Origin: an uncultured Gemmatimonadaceae bacterium
GTDB taxonomy: Bacteria > Gemmatimonadota > Gemmatimonadetes > Gemmatimonadales > GWC2-71-9
NCBI GenBank assembly: GCA_964580055.1
Contig: CAZOJI010000013.1
Span: 22,018 to 86,017, forward strand
Reading direction: 5' to 3'
DNA length: 64,000 bases
A program made the position numbers and the translations under genes. Under the pieces are notes generated by a model that saw only the letters and a program-made list of their open reading frames with translations, ran no database searches and was not told the origin of the DNA. Positions 9,612-19,811 of this stretch are shown here, piece by piece (position 1 is the stretch's first letter; every line of letters begins with the position of its first letter).

Positions 9612-9872
9612 TTTCGGTTTTCCCTCGTACCTCATACTGGTTGAATCAAAAACAAGTGCTGAAACATCTGCGTCCGCTAAATCCCGACGGCCGACAGTGT
9701 CGCGGCCTCTTGCGAGACGCCCAAACATGGTGCGAAAAAAAGGACCTGCGCGACACCCAGGTCCCTTCGCTCTGTCACCTGTGGCAGGCCCAAGATAGCC
9801 CCGTCCCCAACCGCTGTCAAAACGCTTGGCTGTAACGACTCCGACAAAGCAGCAACAGAAACCAATCCGGCC

Positions 9873-10637
9873 TTACCTCGCACTGAATCTCTCCAGGAAT
9901 TCTCTTTCGGAATTGGTCAGACTGGATACTCCAGTTGCGCTTATCTTGTCGAGTATCCGGTCGAGCTCCTCGCGGTTGACCGGGTGCATGTCCTCTCGCT
10001 TGATACGTTGCCAACGTCCGATATCCGCCGTGGCCGAGGGAGAACTGCTCTTCTGTTTGGGCTTTGCTTTGGCACGGAACCGAGCCGCGGGTGAGCGTCG
10101 CTCCCACCACTTCAAATATAGAAACCCGCCCAGGAACCCGCCCAGGTGAGCGAAGTGAGCGACATTACCGCCAGACCCACCGACACCGCCGTACAGCGAC
10201 AGGGCTGTGAGTATTATCACGAGCACGCGCGCTTCGATGGGCAAAATGCCCCAGATGTAGATGCGCTCACGCGGCCAGTACATGGCGAACCCTATCAGCA
10301 CTCCGTAAACGGCACCGGACGCTCCAACGATGGCAGCATGTGGAGTGAACGGGAAAGACAGTACCGCGCCGGTTATTCCGCTGAGGAAATAGAGAGCCAA
10401 AAACTGCTTGCCGCCCAACCGCTGCTCCAGTCGCGGTCCGAAGAAGAACAGGGCAATCATGTTGAAGAGCAGGTGCATTAGACCAGCGTGCAAAAACATG
10501 TAGGTCACTAACGTCCAAGGCCGCACCAGGACCAGGAACGGCACGAACATGAGGTGTGTCGTGATATTGGGCACGATCTGCGTGAGGAAGAACACCGCCA
10601 CGTTGGCGATAAGGAGCTTCTGTACCCAGGGAGTCAT
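9873..10637 (-). CDS. rhomboid family intramembrane serine protease
   Basis: 254 aa, multi-TM. Catalytic Ser motif GASGAVYG and His context HFAHLGGFLGG. Confidence 0.85.
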   Translation of the reverse strand: MTPWVQKLLIANVAVFFLTQIVPNITTHLMFVPFLVLVRPWTLVTYMFLHAGLMHLLFNMIALFFFGPRLEQRLGGKQFLALYFLSGITGAVLSFPFTPHAAIVGASGAVYGVLIGFAMYWPRERIYIWGILPIEARVLVIILTALSLYGGVGGSGGNVAHFAHLGGFLGGFLYLKWWERRSPAARFRAKAKPKQKSSSPSATADIGRWQRIKREDMHPVNREELDRILDKISATGVSSLTNSEREFLERFSAR

Positions 10638-10678
10638 TGCGCTAGTGCGGGAAATGCAAGGCTAGAGGCATGCTCATG

Positions 10679-11167
10679 TCATGATCCCGGCGGTCCCGGC
10701 GGCGGCCGCAGGTTGTTGCGCAATATGATTCTGGCGCAGGTATTCCAACGCAATACCGCATCGTCGTTGCCTGCCGGGCTAAGGTTCTCAGCCTTTTCGT
10801 ACCATGCCATGGCATCGCGGAGCAGATAGTATACCATGGGGCCGGAGCCGAGCGTCCCGTGGGCCAGGAGTTCTTTGGCTTGACGCTCGCAAATGATACC
10901 GGAGTAGTATGTGCGCTCGTATTCGGTCTCCAGTCTGGATACCAGCTTGCGCGCTTCGTCTACGTTCGAGCCGCCATCGTCTCCGAATTGCTCGGTGAGC
11001 GACAGAACCAACAGCAACAAAGCCTGTTGCTGTTCGGAATCGATCGCGAGGATGTCACGGCAGATGCTCTCGGCCTCGCGCGGCTCGTTGAGCAGACGGT
11101 AGCGCTCAGCCCGTTCGAGAGCGGGCCCGATGCCCTCAGGAGACAACGCCTTGAATTCGAACATCAA
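10679..11167 (-). CDS. conserved hypothetical protein, helical (TPR-like)
   Basis: 162-aa ORF with protein-like composition, codirectional with and tightly spaced to its neighbours. I recognised no motif. Confidence 0.55.
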   Translation of the reverse strand: MMFEFKALSPEGIGPALERAERYRLLNEPREAESICRDILAIDSEQQQALLLLVLSLTEQFGDDGGSNVDEARKLVSRLETEYERTYYSGIICERQAKELLAHGTLGSGPMVYYLLRDAMAWYEKAENLSPAGNDDAVLRWNTCARIILRNNLRPPPGPPGS

Positions 11168-11343
11168 CTGACCCTCAACCGCGCGGACCGGGTAGTATCG
11201 GAAACGCTGCTCCCAAGGTGCCCAAACAGCCCACGACCGCTAAATGAATCAGCAGCGGGCTGTTCAAAAATAACCACACTTTCAGTTCTTCCGTATGTGG
11301 TGCATCTCAGCGCGGACAATACCCAACAATCACGCGGGGTGCC

Positions 11344-12018
11344 TTATGCGCCACCTTCTCCTGCTTCGCCGGACGCCTCGCCGGCCCACTCAGATTCATC
11401 TTCCGCCACATACGCAGCGTCAATCACGATCGGGTCGACCGGCACCGACTCTCGCGTACCACGCGTCCTGGTCGGCACATCCTTGATGCGATCGACGACG
11501 TCCATACCTTCGATTACGTGACCGAACACGCAGTAACCCCATTCTTCCTCGTCCGTGTCAAGCTGGGGGTTGTCGTCGACGTTGATGAAGAACTCGGTCT
11601 TGGCCGAATGTGGGTCGGCACCGCGCGCCATGGCTACGGATCCCCTCTCGTTGGAAAGACCGTTGTCGCCTTCGTTTTGAACGAATGCCGCAGGACTGAT
11701 TCTACGCTCGTAGTTGTCCGTCAACAGTCCCGCCTGGATCATGAATTCCGGCCTGACGCGGTGGAATATGAGATCCTTGTAGAATTGCTGATTGACGTGG
11801 CGTAGGAAATTCGTGACGGTGGCCGGGGCCGCCCTTTGGTCCAGTTCCATCACGATTCGGCCCATAGTCGTCTCCAATACGACGGTGGGCGTCGAGTCCG
11901 GTGGCGCCTGTGGCTGTTCCTCTTCGACATCCGTGTCAGCCTGTTCGGGCAGGCAACCGGCAACAAGGAACGCCATCACCGCTGGCAGGACAAATCTCTT
12001 TCGGCGGATCACGTGCAT
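11344..12018 (-). CDS. peptidyl-prolyl cis-trans isomerase, cyclophilin type, lipoprotein
   Basis: Lipobox LVAGC. Cyclophilin motifs FHRV.PEFMIQAG and GSVAMARG.DPHSA.TEFFIN. Confidence 0.9.
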   Translation of the reverse strand: MHVIRRKRFVLPAVMAFLVAGCLPEQADTDVEEEQPQAPPDSTPTVVLETTMGRIVMELDQRAAPATVTNFLRHVNQQFYKDLIFHRVRPEFMIQAGLLTDNYERRISPAAFVQNEGDNGLSNERGSVAMARGADPHSAKTEFFINVDDNPQLDTDEEEWGYCVFGHVIEGMDVVDRIKDVPTRTRGTRESVPVDPIVIDAAYVAEDESEWAGEASGEAGEGGA

Positions 12019-12205
12019 CTCCTTTCCCTATGACTTCGCTGTTTCGCGCTAGGTCACACGCTTGAGGTTAAGGCCCCGTCACGCTGCGGGCAAGTCGTAT
12101 CCGCACGCGCCGCCCCGCACGCTCCAGAAACGCGCTCGCGCGAGTTGAACAGGGTTGTGAACTTCGTTTCGATGCCGCCATTTTAGCTTCAGCGACACGT
12201 GTCGT

Positions 12206-13456
12206 CTAGACCCCCACAATTCGCTTCGGCAATCGCGCGTTGAGATGCATTAGTACGTCATAAACCGAGGTTCCGGATCGTTCCGCAACGGTGTTGGGAA
12301 GGATTGCCGGATCATCGGGGCCGGTCAGTACGGCGTCATCTCCGATTTCGGCTGTCTTCTCGCTTCCCAGTTCCACGATCGTGTGGCTTGCGCTCACGGC
12401 ACCGATCACCTTGTAGAGGCTTCCTCGTATCATTATCTCGCAGCCGTTGATGGCGTTGCGCGGGTAACCGTCGGCATGCCCGATCGGCAACGTTGCAATC
12501 CATGTCGGCTTGTCAGCAATGTAGTTACGGCCGTAACTGACACCGTCGCCCGTCTCCAAGCGCTCCACCCTGACGACACGGGCGCGCAGCCTCAGTGCGG
12601 CGCGTAAACCGGCCATATTGGTTTCAATTCCGCCGGCCGGGTAAGCTCCATAGAGTACCAAACCCGGTCGCACCATCTCGAGTATTCCGTCGGGCCGAAA
12701 GAACACGCCGTGAGACGAAGCAGCGTGAAGGCGCCCGATGTTGAAGCCGCGTTCGTTTGCCGAATCAGCGACATCCCGAAGGCGCCGCAACTGCGTGTAG
12801 TCGAAATCGTCGTCCTCAGTGAAGCACGTAAACGTGCTTTCGATTCTCATCGCCCTGTCGGCGGCAATTGTCTCGATCCATGGCAGCGCCCTCCTGAACG
12901 GCACGCCCACGCGGTTCATGCCCGTATCGAGATACAGGTGGACGGGCACCTCCCGGTTCCTGTCACGCGCCAAGCGGGAGACGGTACTGACCGCCTCATC
13001 GGTGTAGGGAGTGAGCTGGATGCCGCTTTCGATCAGTTCCTCAGCGTCAGAATCTGAGAAGTGCCCCATCAGCAGTATCGGCTTCTGGACGCCAGCATCG
13101 CGCAGCGAAATGGCCTGATCCGGCTTCACCACCGCCAGGCCAGCGACCTGGTCCACTGCATCCAGGACGGGGCCGACGATCTCGAGCCCAAGCCCGTAGC
13201 CGTTGTTCTTCACAACCGCCAGGATCGGCCTACCCGAGCACAGACGCGCCACTTCTGCCACGTTGTGTCGGATTGCAGAAGCCTCGACCTCAATGAATGG
13301 TTCGAAGCCTGCAAGCGATCGATCAAGCGGAGCGTTCCTAGGCGCTGGAAGAGATACGGAGGCCCCGGAGAGACCAGTTTTACCCGTGTAGTCGAATGCA
13401 GGCACTCCGACAGCTGCGGCAGAAGTTGCAACGAAGGCGCGACGCGAGATTACCAA
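12206..13456 (-). CDS. alr: alanine racemase family PLP enzyme with twin-arginine signal peptide
   Basis: AVVKNNGYGLG carries the PLP-lysine motif (compare VVKANAYGHG). The C-terminal region has VSYGR and LPIGHADGYPR. The likely start is TTG at 13456, preceded by GGGAGG, which gives MVISRRAFVATSAAAVG (an S-R-R-x-F Tat motif). The track ORF starts at TTG 13489. Confidence 0.85.
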   Translation of the reverse strand: MVISRRAFVATSAAAVGVPAFDYTGKTGLSGASVSLPAPRNAPLDRSLAGFEPFIEVEASAIRHNVAEVARLCSGRPILAVVKNNGYGLGLEIVGPVLDAVDQVAGLAVVKPDQAISLRDAGVQKPILLMGHFSDSDAEELIESGIQLTPYTDEAVSTVSRLARDRNREVPVHLYLDTGMNRVGVPFRRALPWIETIAADRAMRIESTFTCFTEDDDFDYTQLRRLRDVADSANERGFNIGRLHAASSHGVFFRPDGILEMVRPGLVLYGAYPAGGIETNMAGLRAALRLRARVVRVERLETGDGVSYGRNYIADKPTWIATLPIGHADGYPRNAINGCEIMIRGSLYKVIGAVSASHTIVELGSEKTAEIGDDAVLTGPDDPAILPNTVAERSGTSVYDVLMHLNARLPKRIVGV

Positions 13457-13769
13457 GAGAGACCTCCCACTTAGGGCTGCGAAACACAAATTCCACTATG
13501 TCCATGAGAAAAGATGCCCACATCCCACGAAAATGTAAGTGCAGCGGTCGCAATGTGTTGTCCAGTCATCGACGGTCCAAGAGGTTCCGACTTGCGCTGG
13601 TTGTGGCTATAATTCCAATCAGTCGATGAAGCCTTGAGACTGCCCGCGGAGATCCTCGGTAGCTTTGCGAGTGCCAGCAACTTTGTAAGGTCTTGCGGCA
13701 CTCTGTCAGGAAATAGAGAGACATTCACGAGTTCAGAAAGGCGGACTGCCTAGCGAGGAGGTTCCCATA

Positions 13770-15131
13770 GTGTCCTTCACTCCAAGAAAATACCGCTCCT
13801 ACGGCTGCAAAGACATCGACAGTCTTCCTCAACTACGGCAGCTTTCGGATACAGACCGTCTGTCGATGAAGGCGGTAGCCCAAGTTTTCGCCTTTCGCGC
13901 AAACAACCACGTGATCGAGGAACTCATCGACTGGTCGGACATCCCGGCCGACCCCATCTATCAGCTCACATTTCCACAACCCGCGATGCTGAGCATGCGT
14001 GATCTCGCTCGCATGGTTGCCCTCGTGCGTCGAGGCTCGGCCGATGATATCAGTGCAGGGGCGCGGGATATCCAGGTCAGGTTGAATCCGCATCCCGCCG
14101 GGCAGCTCGATCTGAATGTCCCGAGGATCCTCGACGAACCACTGCCGGGTTTGCAGCACAAATATGCAGAGACAGTGCTGTTCTTTCCGGCCCCGGGGCA
14201 AACCTGCCACGCCTACTGTACCTATTGCTTCCGGTGGCCGCAGTTCACGGGATTGGATGAAATGAAACTGGCCTCCCGCCAGGTCGACGCTTTGGTGCAG
14301 TACCTCAGGCTCCATAGAGAGGTCAATAGCGTGTTGATAACTGGCGGCGATCCACTGGTAATGAAGACCGCGTTGTTGCGCCGTTATGTAGAGCCGCTGC
14401 TCGATCCGGCGCTCGAACACGTGACCAGCATCCGCATAGGCACCAAGGCGCTCGCCTATTGGCCGTATCGGTTCGTGACTCAGTCAGACTCTGCCGACCT
14501 GCTCCGTCTGTTGGAGGAGGTGTCCGAATCGGGACGGCACCTCGCATTCATGGCGCACTTCTGCCATCCGCGAGAACTGGAGCCGGCAATCACCCAGCAA
14601 GCGATGCGTGCTGTGAGGAGCACCGGTGCGACAATCAGGTGTCAGGCTCCAGTAGTCAGACACGTGAACGATTCAGAGGATGTTTGGGCCGAGATGTGGA
14701 GGCAGGAGGTACGACTCGGTGCCGTCCCCTACTACATGTTCGTCGAGCGCAACACGGGCCCCAACAACTACTTCGAAGTTCCGTTGTTGCGAGCTGAGGA
14801 AATCTACAGAAAGGCGTTTCGCCAAGTATCGGGACTGGCTCGGACGGTACGCGGTCCATCGATGTCGGCCAATCCTGGAAAGGTGCTTTTCATCGGCACG
14901 ACCTACGTTTACAACGAAGAGGTGTTCGTCCTGAGGTTCATTCAGGGACGCAAGGCGGAATGGGTGGGGAAGCCGTTCTTCGCCCGATACGATCCGAAGG
15001 CAAGCTGGTTCACCGATCTCAAGCCGGCCTTGGGCGAGCGACAGTTCTTCTTCGAGGAAGAGTTCAAACGTATGGTGCAACCCAGTGCGGAGGTTCTGCC
15101 GCTGGACCGCACAGGAGTTCCGGTGCCGTGA
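13770..15131 (+). CDS. KamA-family radical SAM aminomutase-like protein
   Basis: 453 aa. The cluster motif CHAYCTYCFRW is CxxxCxxC. The overall pattern resembles lysine 2,3-aminomutase (ITGGDPL, long C-terminal extension). GTG start with GAGGAGG 8 nt upstream. Substrate unknown. Confidence 0.85.
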   Translation: MSFTPRKYRSYGCKDIDSLPQLRQLSDTDRLSMKAVAQVFAFRANNHVIEELIDWSDIPADPIYQLTFPQPAMLSMRDLARMVALVRRGSADDISAGARDIQVRLNPHPAGQLDLNVPRILDEPLPGLQHKYAETVLFFPAPGQTCHAYCTYCFRWPQFTGLDEMKLASRQVDALVQYLRLHREVNSVLITGGDPLVMKTALLRRYVEPLLDPALEHVTSIRIGTKALAYWPYRFVTQSDSADLLRLLEEVSESGRHLAFMAHFCHPRELEPAITQQAMRAVRSTGATIRCQAPVVRHVNDSEDVWAEMWRQEVRLGAVPYYMFVERNTGPNNYFEVPLLRAEEIYRKAFRQVSGLARTVRGPSMSANPGKVLFIGTTYVYNEEVFVLRFIQGRKAEWVGKPFFARYDPKASWFTDLKPALGERQFFFEEEFKRMVQPSAEVLPLDRTGVPVP

Positions 15132-15225
15132 CCGCGATCCGGTCCGGCCTGCATACCGTTCAGAAGTGAGCACGGCCGCCCAAGGGCGGCCGTGCTCGAT
15201 CGTTCCTCGGATTAGTGAGTGCCAC

Positions 15226-17889
15226 TCAATCCCTGTTGCGAAACTCCCTCCACAGTCGCGTGTGCTTGCTTTCCAACGAAACCTCGATGCCGTCGATGAA
15301 GGCCCGTTCGACGTTGGTGACTATCTGAAGAGGGTCTCCGTCGGTAACAATCAGATCTGCCCGCTTGCCCACATCTATGCTGCCCATCATGTCACCCAAC
15401 CCAAGGATCTCGGCTGCGTTCAGGGTAACAGCTCTGAGGCCTACTTCCTGGGGTAGTCCGAATGCAACGGATTTTGCCGCAAAGTAAGGTAGATTTCTCA
15501 CCTGGGCGATCTCGCTGGTAGCGAAGCTCACCTTAACTCCGGCCTCATGGAGTATCCCAGCATTGCTCCACGCAGCCGACACCGGATCGTGACGGTCGGC
15601 AGTCGGTGAGAGCACCGAGCCGACGATCACGGGGATGTCTCGAGTGGCGAGTTCTTCGGCCACGCGAAAGGCCTGCTCGCCACCAACGATCACCCCTCTC
15701 ATTTCGGGAAACTCATCCAGGAACAGCAGCAAGGTCTTGATATCACGCTCGCTGTGTGCCGAGAAGAAGACCGGCATGTCGCCTGTGACGGCGGGAACCA
15801 GCGCCTCGAGTAAGATTTCGTCCTGATTGGCCAAGTTGGGTTCGAAGTGCTGTGTTGGCCTATCCGCTACGCTGGGATGCTCAACGAATACGACCGCCCG
15901 CTCGAAAATCTCAATGAGTTCTTCGAGACGATCACCCGACAGTTCGGGCTCGTCCCACTCGCTTCCGCTGGGCGACGGGAAATCCACAATCAAAGCAGCT
16001 CGATCCGAAATGCACATTCGTTCTTGGGTGTCTCCGCTGAGCTGCACAACGGACCCGGAGGAAGAGATGACCGTGCCACGCCCCGTCCCAAGCGTCACCA
16101 TCGCTGCAGTGATTCCGTTCGCTCGAGCGACGGGGATAGTCTCGGAGTGAGGGTGCACACTGGTGATTGCACGTACGTGCGGATTGTAGCGGCCGATCTC
16201 CTGATTGTCGGCAGCGGCAGGCACGGAGCCGATGTCAACCGTTCCCAGGCCGGTACTCGGGTCAATCAATCCGGGATAGAGATGCTTCCCCCCCAAATCG
16301 ACGACGGTGACGCCGGAAGGAACCTCCACCTGGGAACGGGGGCCAACCGCTGCGATCCGGCCGTCGGCGATCAAAACCGTGCCATCAGTGATGCTGGGGC
16401 CGGAGACGGTGTGAACAATCGCACCCGTGAGCGCGGTCAGCACTTGCTGCGAGGCTGGAACGGTGTCCCGGTGTCCGGATACCGTTTCCATTCCAACGAA
16501 ACGGCTCGAGCCCGACCCGGCAGTTTCAGCCCTGCGGTCCGATACGAGCGCGTTGGCGGGCAACGGGCGGAACGGTTCCTGGCGGGTTTCTTGTTCGCGC
16601 TGCAGGTCATAGTAAACGATCCCGTCGACGATCGTCTTCTCCACGCGCGTGTAGGAGTCGAACGGGTCACCGGAGAGCAAGACCACGTCCCCGTGCTTTC
16701 CGACTTCCAGCGTTCCGACCATATCCTCGATGGCAAGCATGCGCGCTGGGTTGACGGTCATCATCCGCAGTGCGTCCTCTTTCGAAACGCCGCCGTATTT
16801 CACTGCTTTGACGAACTCATAAACCATGAACGGCTGCAGAGTAGGGATATCCGAGTTGATTGCAGTGAGTACCCCGTGCTGGTGCATGATGGCGGCGTTG
16901 TACGGGATTGCGTCGAAAGCCTCCAGCTTGTAGTGCCACCAATCCGAAAACGTGCTTCCGGCCGCTCCATGTGCAGCCATCTCGTCCGCTACTTTGTAGC
17001 CCTCCATGACATGCGTAAACACTTCGATGCGAAATCCGAAACGCTCAGCTATGCGCATCATCATGACGATCTCATCGGCCCTATAAGAGTGGACCGTGAC
17101 CCGCATCCTGCTCTCGAGCACATCTACGAGAGCCTCGAGGCGGAAATCGCGGCGCGGCGGCACCCTGTACTGGCGAGGATTCTCACGGTATTTGTCCCAT
17201 TCATCCTTGTACTTCTGCGCCGCCGTGAACGCCTGCACGAAGATCGCTTCGACACCGGCCCGCGAAGCTGGATATCTTCGCTGACCGGCTCCGCCAAAGT
17301 AGTTCTTCTGAGTGACGTTTTCGCCAAGCGCCACCTTGAGTGTCAGCGGTGCTCCTTGCACCAGCAGCTTTCTGGCATCGTCCATTCCCCAACGCGTCTT
17401 GATCACGGCGTCCTGTCCGCCGATTGGATTTGCACTGCCGTGAAGGGTACGAAGAGTCGTCACGCCTCCCGACAGTGCCTGGTAGATGGAGAAGTGCTCT
17501 GCATCCAGCACGTCGAGAACGCGGACCTCCGACACGACCGGGGCGGTGCCCTCGTTGACCTCCGCCATCGGAAGAGCCGAGTGAGAATGCTCGTCAACGA
17601 GACCGGGGATGGCGGTCATGCCGCTGCCGTCGATCACCGTTGCACCGCGCGGTGCGTCCCAGTCGGCGCCGATCGCGGCAATGATGCCTTCGCGAATCAG
17701 AATGGAGGAATTCTCGAGAATGGTACCCGTCGCGGTCCAGATTGTGTCAATGTTCTCGATGACCATGTCTCCGCGCGGCACATCCACGACGCCGGGTTCG
17801 ATCTGCAGCTTGTACTGGGCGCTTGCCGGAACATGAAAACCGATCAGCAGCGCTAAGAAGGCTAGACTGCGGAAGCGTTCAGCCATCAT
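15226..17889 (-). CDS. secreted two-domain amidohydrolase (catalytic domain plus degenerate second domain)
   Basis: 887 aa with signal peptide ...FHVPASAQ. Domain 1 has the metal-binding motif PGLVDEHSHS plus later His/Asp positions. At the equivalent position, domain 2 (about aa 480-887) reads PGLIDPSTGLG and has no HxH. Its start overlaps the upstream gene by ATGA. Confidence 0.85.
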   Translation of the reverse strand: MMAERFRSLAFLALLIGFHVPASAQYKLQIEPGVVDVPRGDMVIENIDTIWTATGTILENSSILIREGIIAAIGADWDAPRGATVIDGSGMTAIPGLVDEHSHSALPMAEVNEGTAPVVSEVRVLDVLDAEHFSIYQALSGGVTTLRTLHGSANPIGGQDAVIKTRWGMDDARKLLVQGAPLTLKVALGENVTQKNYFGGAGQRRYPASRAGVEAIFVQAFTAAQKYKDEWDKYRENPRQYRVPPRRDFRLEALVDVLESRMRVTVHSYRADEIVMMMRIAERFGFRIEVFTHVMEGYKVADEMAAHGAAGSTFSDWWHYKLEAFDAIPYNAAIMHQHGVLTAINSDIPTLQPFMVYEFVKAVKYGGVSKEDALRMMTVNPARMLAIEDMVGTLEVGKHGDVVLLSGDPFDSYTRVEKTIVDGIVYYDLQREQETRQEPFRPLPANALVSDRRAETAGSGSSRFVGMETVSGHRDTVPASQQVLTALTGAIVHTVSGPSITDGTVLIADGRIAAVGPRSQVEVPSGVTVVDLGGKHLYPGLIDPSTGLGTVDIGSVPAAADNQEIGRYNPHVRAITSVHPHSETIPVARANGITAAMVTLGTGRGTVISSSGSVVQLSGDTQERMCISDRAALIVDFPSPSGSEWDEPELSGDRLEELIEIFERAVVFVEHPSVADRPTQHFEPNLANQDEILLEALVPAVTGDMPVFFSAHSERDIKTLLLFLDEFPEMRGVIVGGEQAFRVAEELATRDIPVIVGSVLSPTADRHDPVSAAWSNAGILHEAGVKVSFATSEIAQVRNLPYFAAKSVAFGLPQEVGLRAVTLNAAEILGLGDMMGSIDVGKRADLIVTDGDPLQIVTNVERAFIDGIEVSLESKHTRLWREFRNRD

Positions 17890-19625
17890 TGCACCTCCTC
17901 TCCGGGCCCACCGGTTCGTCGTGCGGTCCAGGTGAAATCGCCCATGGGACTCTCGCCGTCACCGGAGGCCGTGTTACCCTCGACGGTGCCGGTCAATCGG
18001 GCCTGCATCGACTGGCCGCCTGTGGTGATCGAGATCGTCATCGAAAGGGAGTTGTCCGAGATCGATCCAGTTACAGTTCCTGATCCCATGTCGAACGAGA
18101 ACGTACCGGACAGTGATCCGTCAGGTTCCTGGGAAAGTGTGGTTGTGGCTTCCATTTGACCCATGAACTTCAGGTCCCAGGTGCCGGTCATGTCGAATGC
18201 CGGAGCGTCGCCGTCGCCTGCCGCCGCTCCGTCCGTCGCCCCCTCCTCGAGTTCGCCCTCGACGAACGTATAGACGACGTTGGTCTCTTCACCGAAGATC
18301 GGGCCCGTAGCGACCTGAAAGGTGGCCGCCATCTCCTCCTCGATGCGCAACAAATTGGGAATGCCAAGAAGCCCGGCCGGGGTTGTGGTCAAGGCGCGCA
18401 TTGCGTCGCTTTCCGACAGACCGTACTCGATCACCTTGCGCACGCCTTCGCGAATGTCGGTGTCGCCGCCACCGCTCGTGAGAGCGAGAGTGACACCAGC
18501 GGCCGCAAGCCTACCGGGATTGGAGTAGAGGTTTTCGAGTTTCTTCTTTTCGCGAAGCGCCTCGGGCCTGAGTTCCCCGGGCTCCTGCTGGCCCCCCTCC
18601 GCTTCGTCCAATGCTCCTGCAGCCGTGTCTGCCACTTCCGCCGCAGTAGTGTCTGTTGCTTCTCTGGCAACAGGCTTCCACCTCTGGGGAGGGGGGAAAT
18701 CCAGGGATACGAGCACCGCTACGTTCCGTTCAACGAGCTCGTCCGTCACTTTCCAAGCTTCTCCGCCTCCGACTATCACCGGATTGAATCCGTACTCTGC
18801 GGACAGCTCCAAGACGTTACGGATTTCCTCGGCGCGGTTAGCCACGAAATAGACGGGGATCTCGCGTGCGGCAACGCTTCGTAGCACTGCGTAGTCAGGA
18901 TCCCAAGTGGGTGTGGGGATGCCTCGCGGGTCGCGAGCGTATTCGTTAACGAAGACGCCCTCCCTCAGCGCATCTTCGAAACTCTGGCGATAGAACGCGA
19001 TCACCGCGAACGTGGTCGACGGGTACACACCCTGTGCGCCGTCAAACGTAAACAGCGGTCCAAGTTCGGGGTGGAGCACGAGCTCTCTCGATACCTCGGC
19101 ATCCTTGCGAAAAAGCAACACTGTTCCGCGCCCGGGCATGAGCCTGCCGTCGGGATGTACCGCTGCAGCCACTATCCCCTGCTTGCGTTGGTCGGCCAAA
19201 TCTTCACCGGTTGCCGTGAGATACTCGGCAACCCGGCGATGAGGCATGAAACTTTGTGCCTCGCGGGGCGGAGCCCAACTCGTTATCTGGCCGCGATCTA
19301 TCTCGGGATCGGGGAATTCGAATGGCGCATTGCCTCGAGCGTCCACGAACCCCGGGTAGACGGTCAACGAATCGCCTTCGAGAACCTTGGCATCTTCCGG
19401 GACGCCAACATCGCGACCCATGGCCTCGATCAGTCCGTTGCGGACAACTATCGTCATGTCTTCGGCGGTTCCACCGTCCGCAAATACAACATTGACTCCT
19501 TGCAGCGCATATGCCGCAGGAGGTGGCGGCTCCACATACTGCGCGGTGACTGCTAACGGCGAGAGGCCGGATACTGCCACCACGGCCACCGTGCTGACAG
19601 TTCGCGCATAGCGGTTTCTGTTCAT
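17886..19625 (-). CDS. secreted amidohydrolase-like protein lacking the HxH metal motif, with C-terminal beta-rich domain
   Basis: 579 aa with a signal peptide ending AVTAQ. PGFVDARGNAPF replaces the HxH motif. The central part is paralogous to domain 2 of the downstream gene (compare IPVYFVANRAEEIRNVLELS...VIVGGGEAW with PVFFSAHSERDIKTLLLFLD...VIVGGEQAF). The tail is Thr/Ser/Gly-rich. Confidence 0.75.
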   Translation of the reverse strand: MNRNRYARTVSTVAVVAVSGLSPLAVTAQYVEPPPPAAYALQGVNVVFADGGTAEDMTIVVRNGLIEAMGRDVGVPEDAKVLEGDSLTVYPGFVDARGNAPFEFPDPEIDRGQITSWAPPREAQSFMPHRRVAEYLTATGEDLADQRKQGIVAAAVHPDGRLMPGRGTVLLFRKDAEVSRELVLHPELGPLFTFDGAQGVYPSTTFAVIAFYRQSFEDALREGVFVNEYARDPRGIPTPTWDPDYAVLRSVAAREIPVYFVANRAEEIRNVLELSAEYGFNPVIVGGGEAWKVTDELVERNVAVLVSLDFPPPQRWKPVAREATDTTAAEVADTAAGALDEAEGGQQEPGELRPEALREKKKLENLYSNPGRLAAAGVTLALTSGGGDTDIREGVRKVIEYGLSESDAMRALTTTPAGLLGIPNLLRIEEEMAATFQVATGPIFGEETNVVYTFVEGELEEGATDGAAAGDGDAPAFDMTGTWDLKFMGQMEATTTLSQEPDGSLSGTFSFDMGSGTVTGSISDNSLSMTISITTGGQSMQARLTGTVEGNTASGDGESPMGDFTWTARRTGGPGEEVQ

Positions 19626-19811
19626 ATGAGCACTGTCCTGGTTGATGTGAAGGTTCCGGGTGTTCCGGAGACGAGTGAAACTCCACGCAGCGGGTCGGCA
19701 AAGTCAAGCGGCTTTCCTTCGCGCTGGCGTTGGTCCCAGCCACTTACGTTCTGCGGGCGGCCTGCGTTTCACTGGCTTAGCGGCGCCACCTTGTTTATTC
19801 TAACGGTCCTG

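Noticed and set aside
9612-9872. The ~260-nt untranslated stretch upstream of the cold-shock gene, considered as a structured cold-box 5-prime UTR.
   Set aside because: This is plausible from general knowledge of csp genes, but I could not identify a specific conserved cold-box or structure by eye. It is not reported as a feature.
15847-17856. 669-aa + strand ORF. Similar long ORFs occur at 19795..21111 (-), 24247..25242 (+), 24629..25597 (-), 26281..27300 (+), 27297..28763 (+), 28807..29841 (-), 46664..47416 (-), 55224-region alternates and 59735..60772 (-).
   Set aside because: All lie antisense to, or out of frame with, genes that have clear family motifs. Their translations are Arg/Gly/Pro/His-rich with no motifs. 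This is typical of shadow ORFs in GC-rich DNA.
19626-19811. Possible Moco riboswitch upstream of moaD.
   Set aside because: I could not find the conserved Moco-motif elements or a convincing multi-stem structure by eye. The region is also the divergent promoter for the amidohydrolase operon. A covariance-model scan (Rfam RF01055) would settle it.
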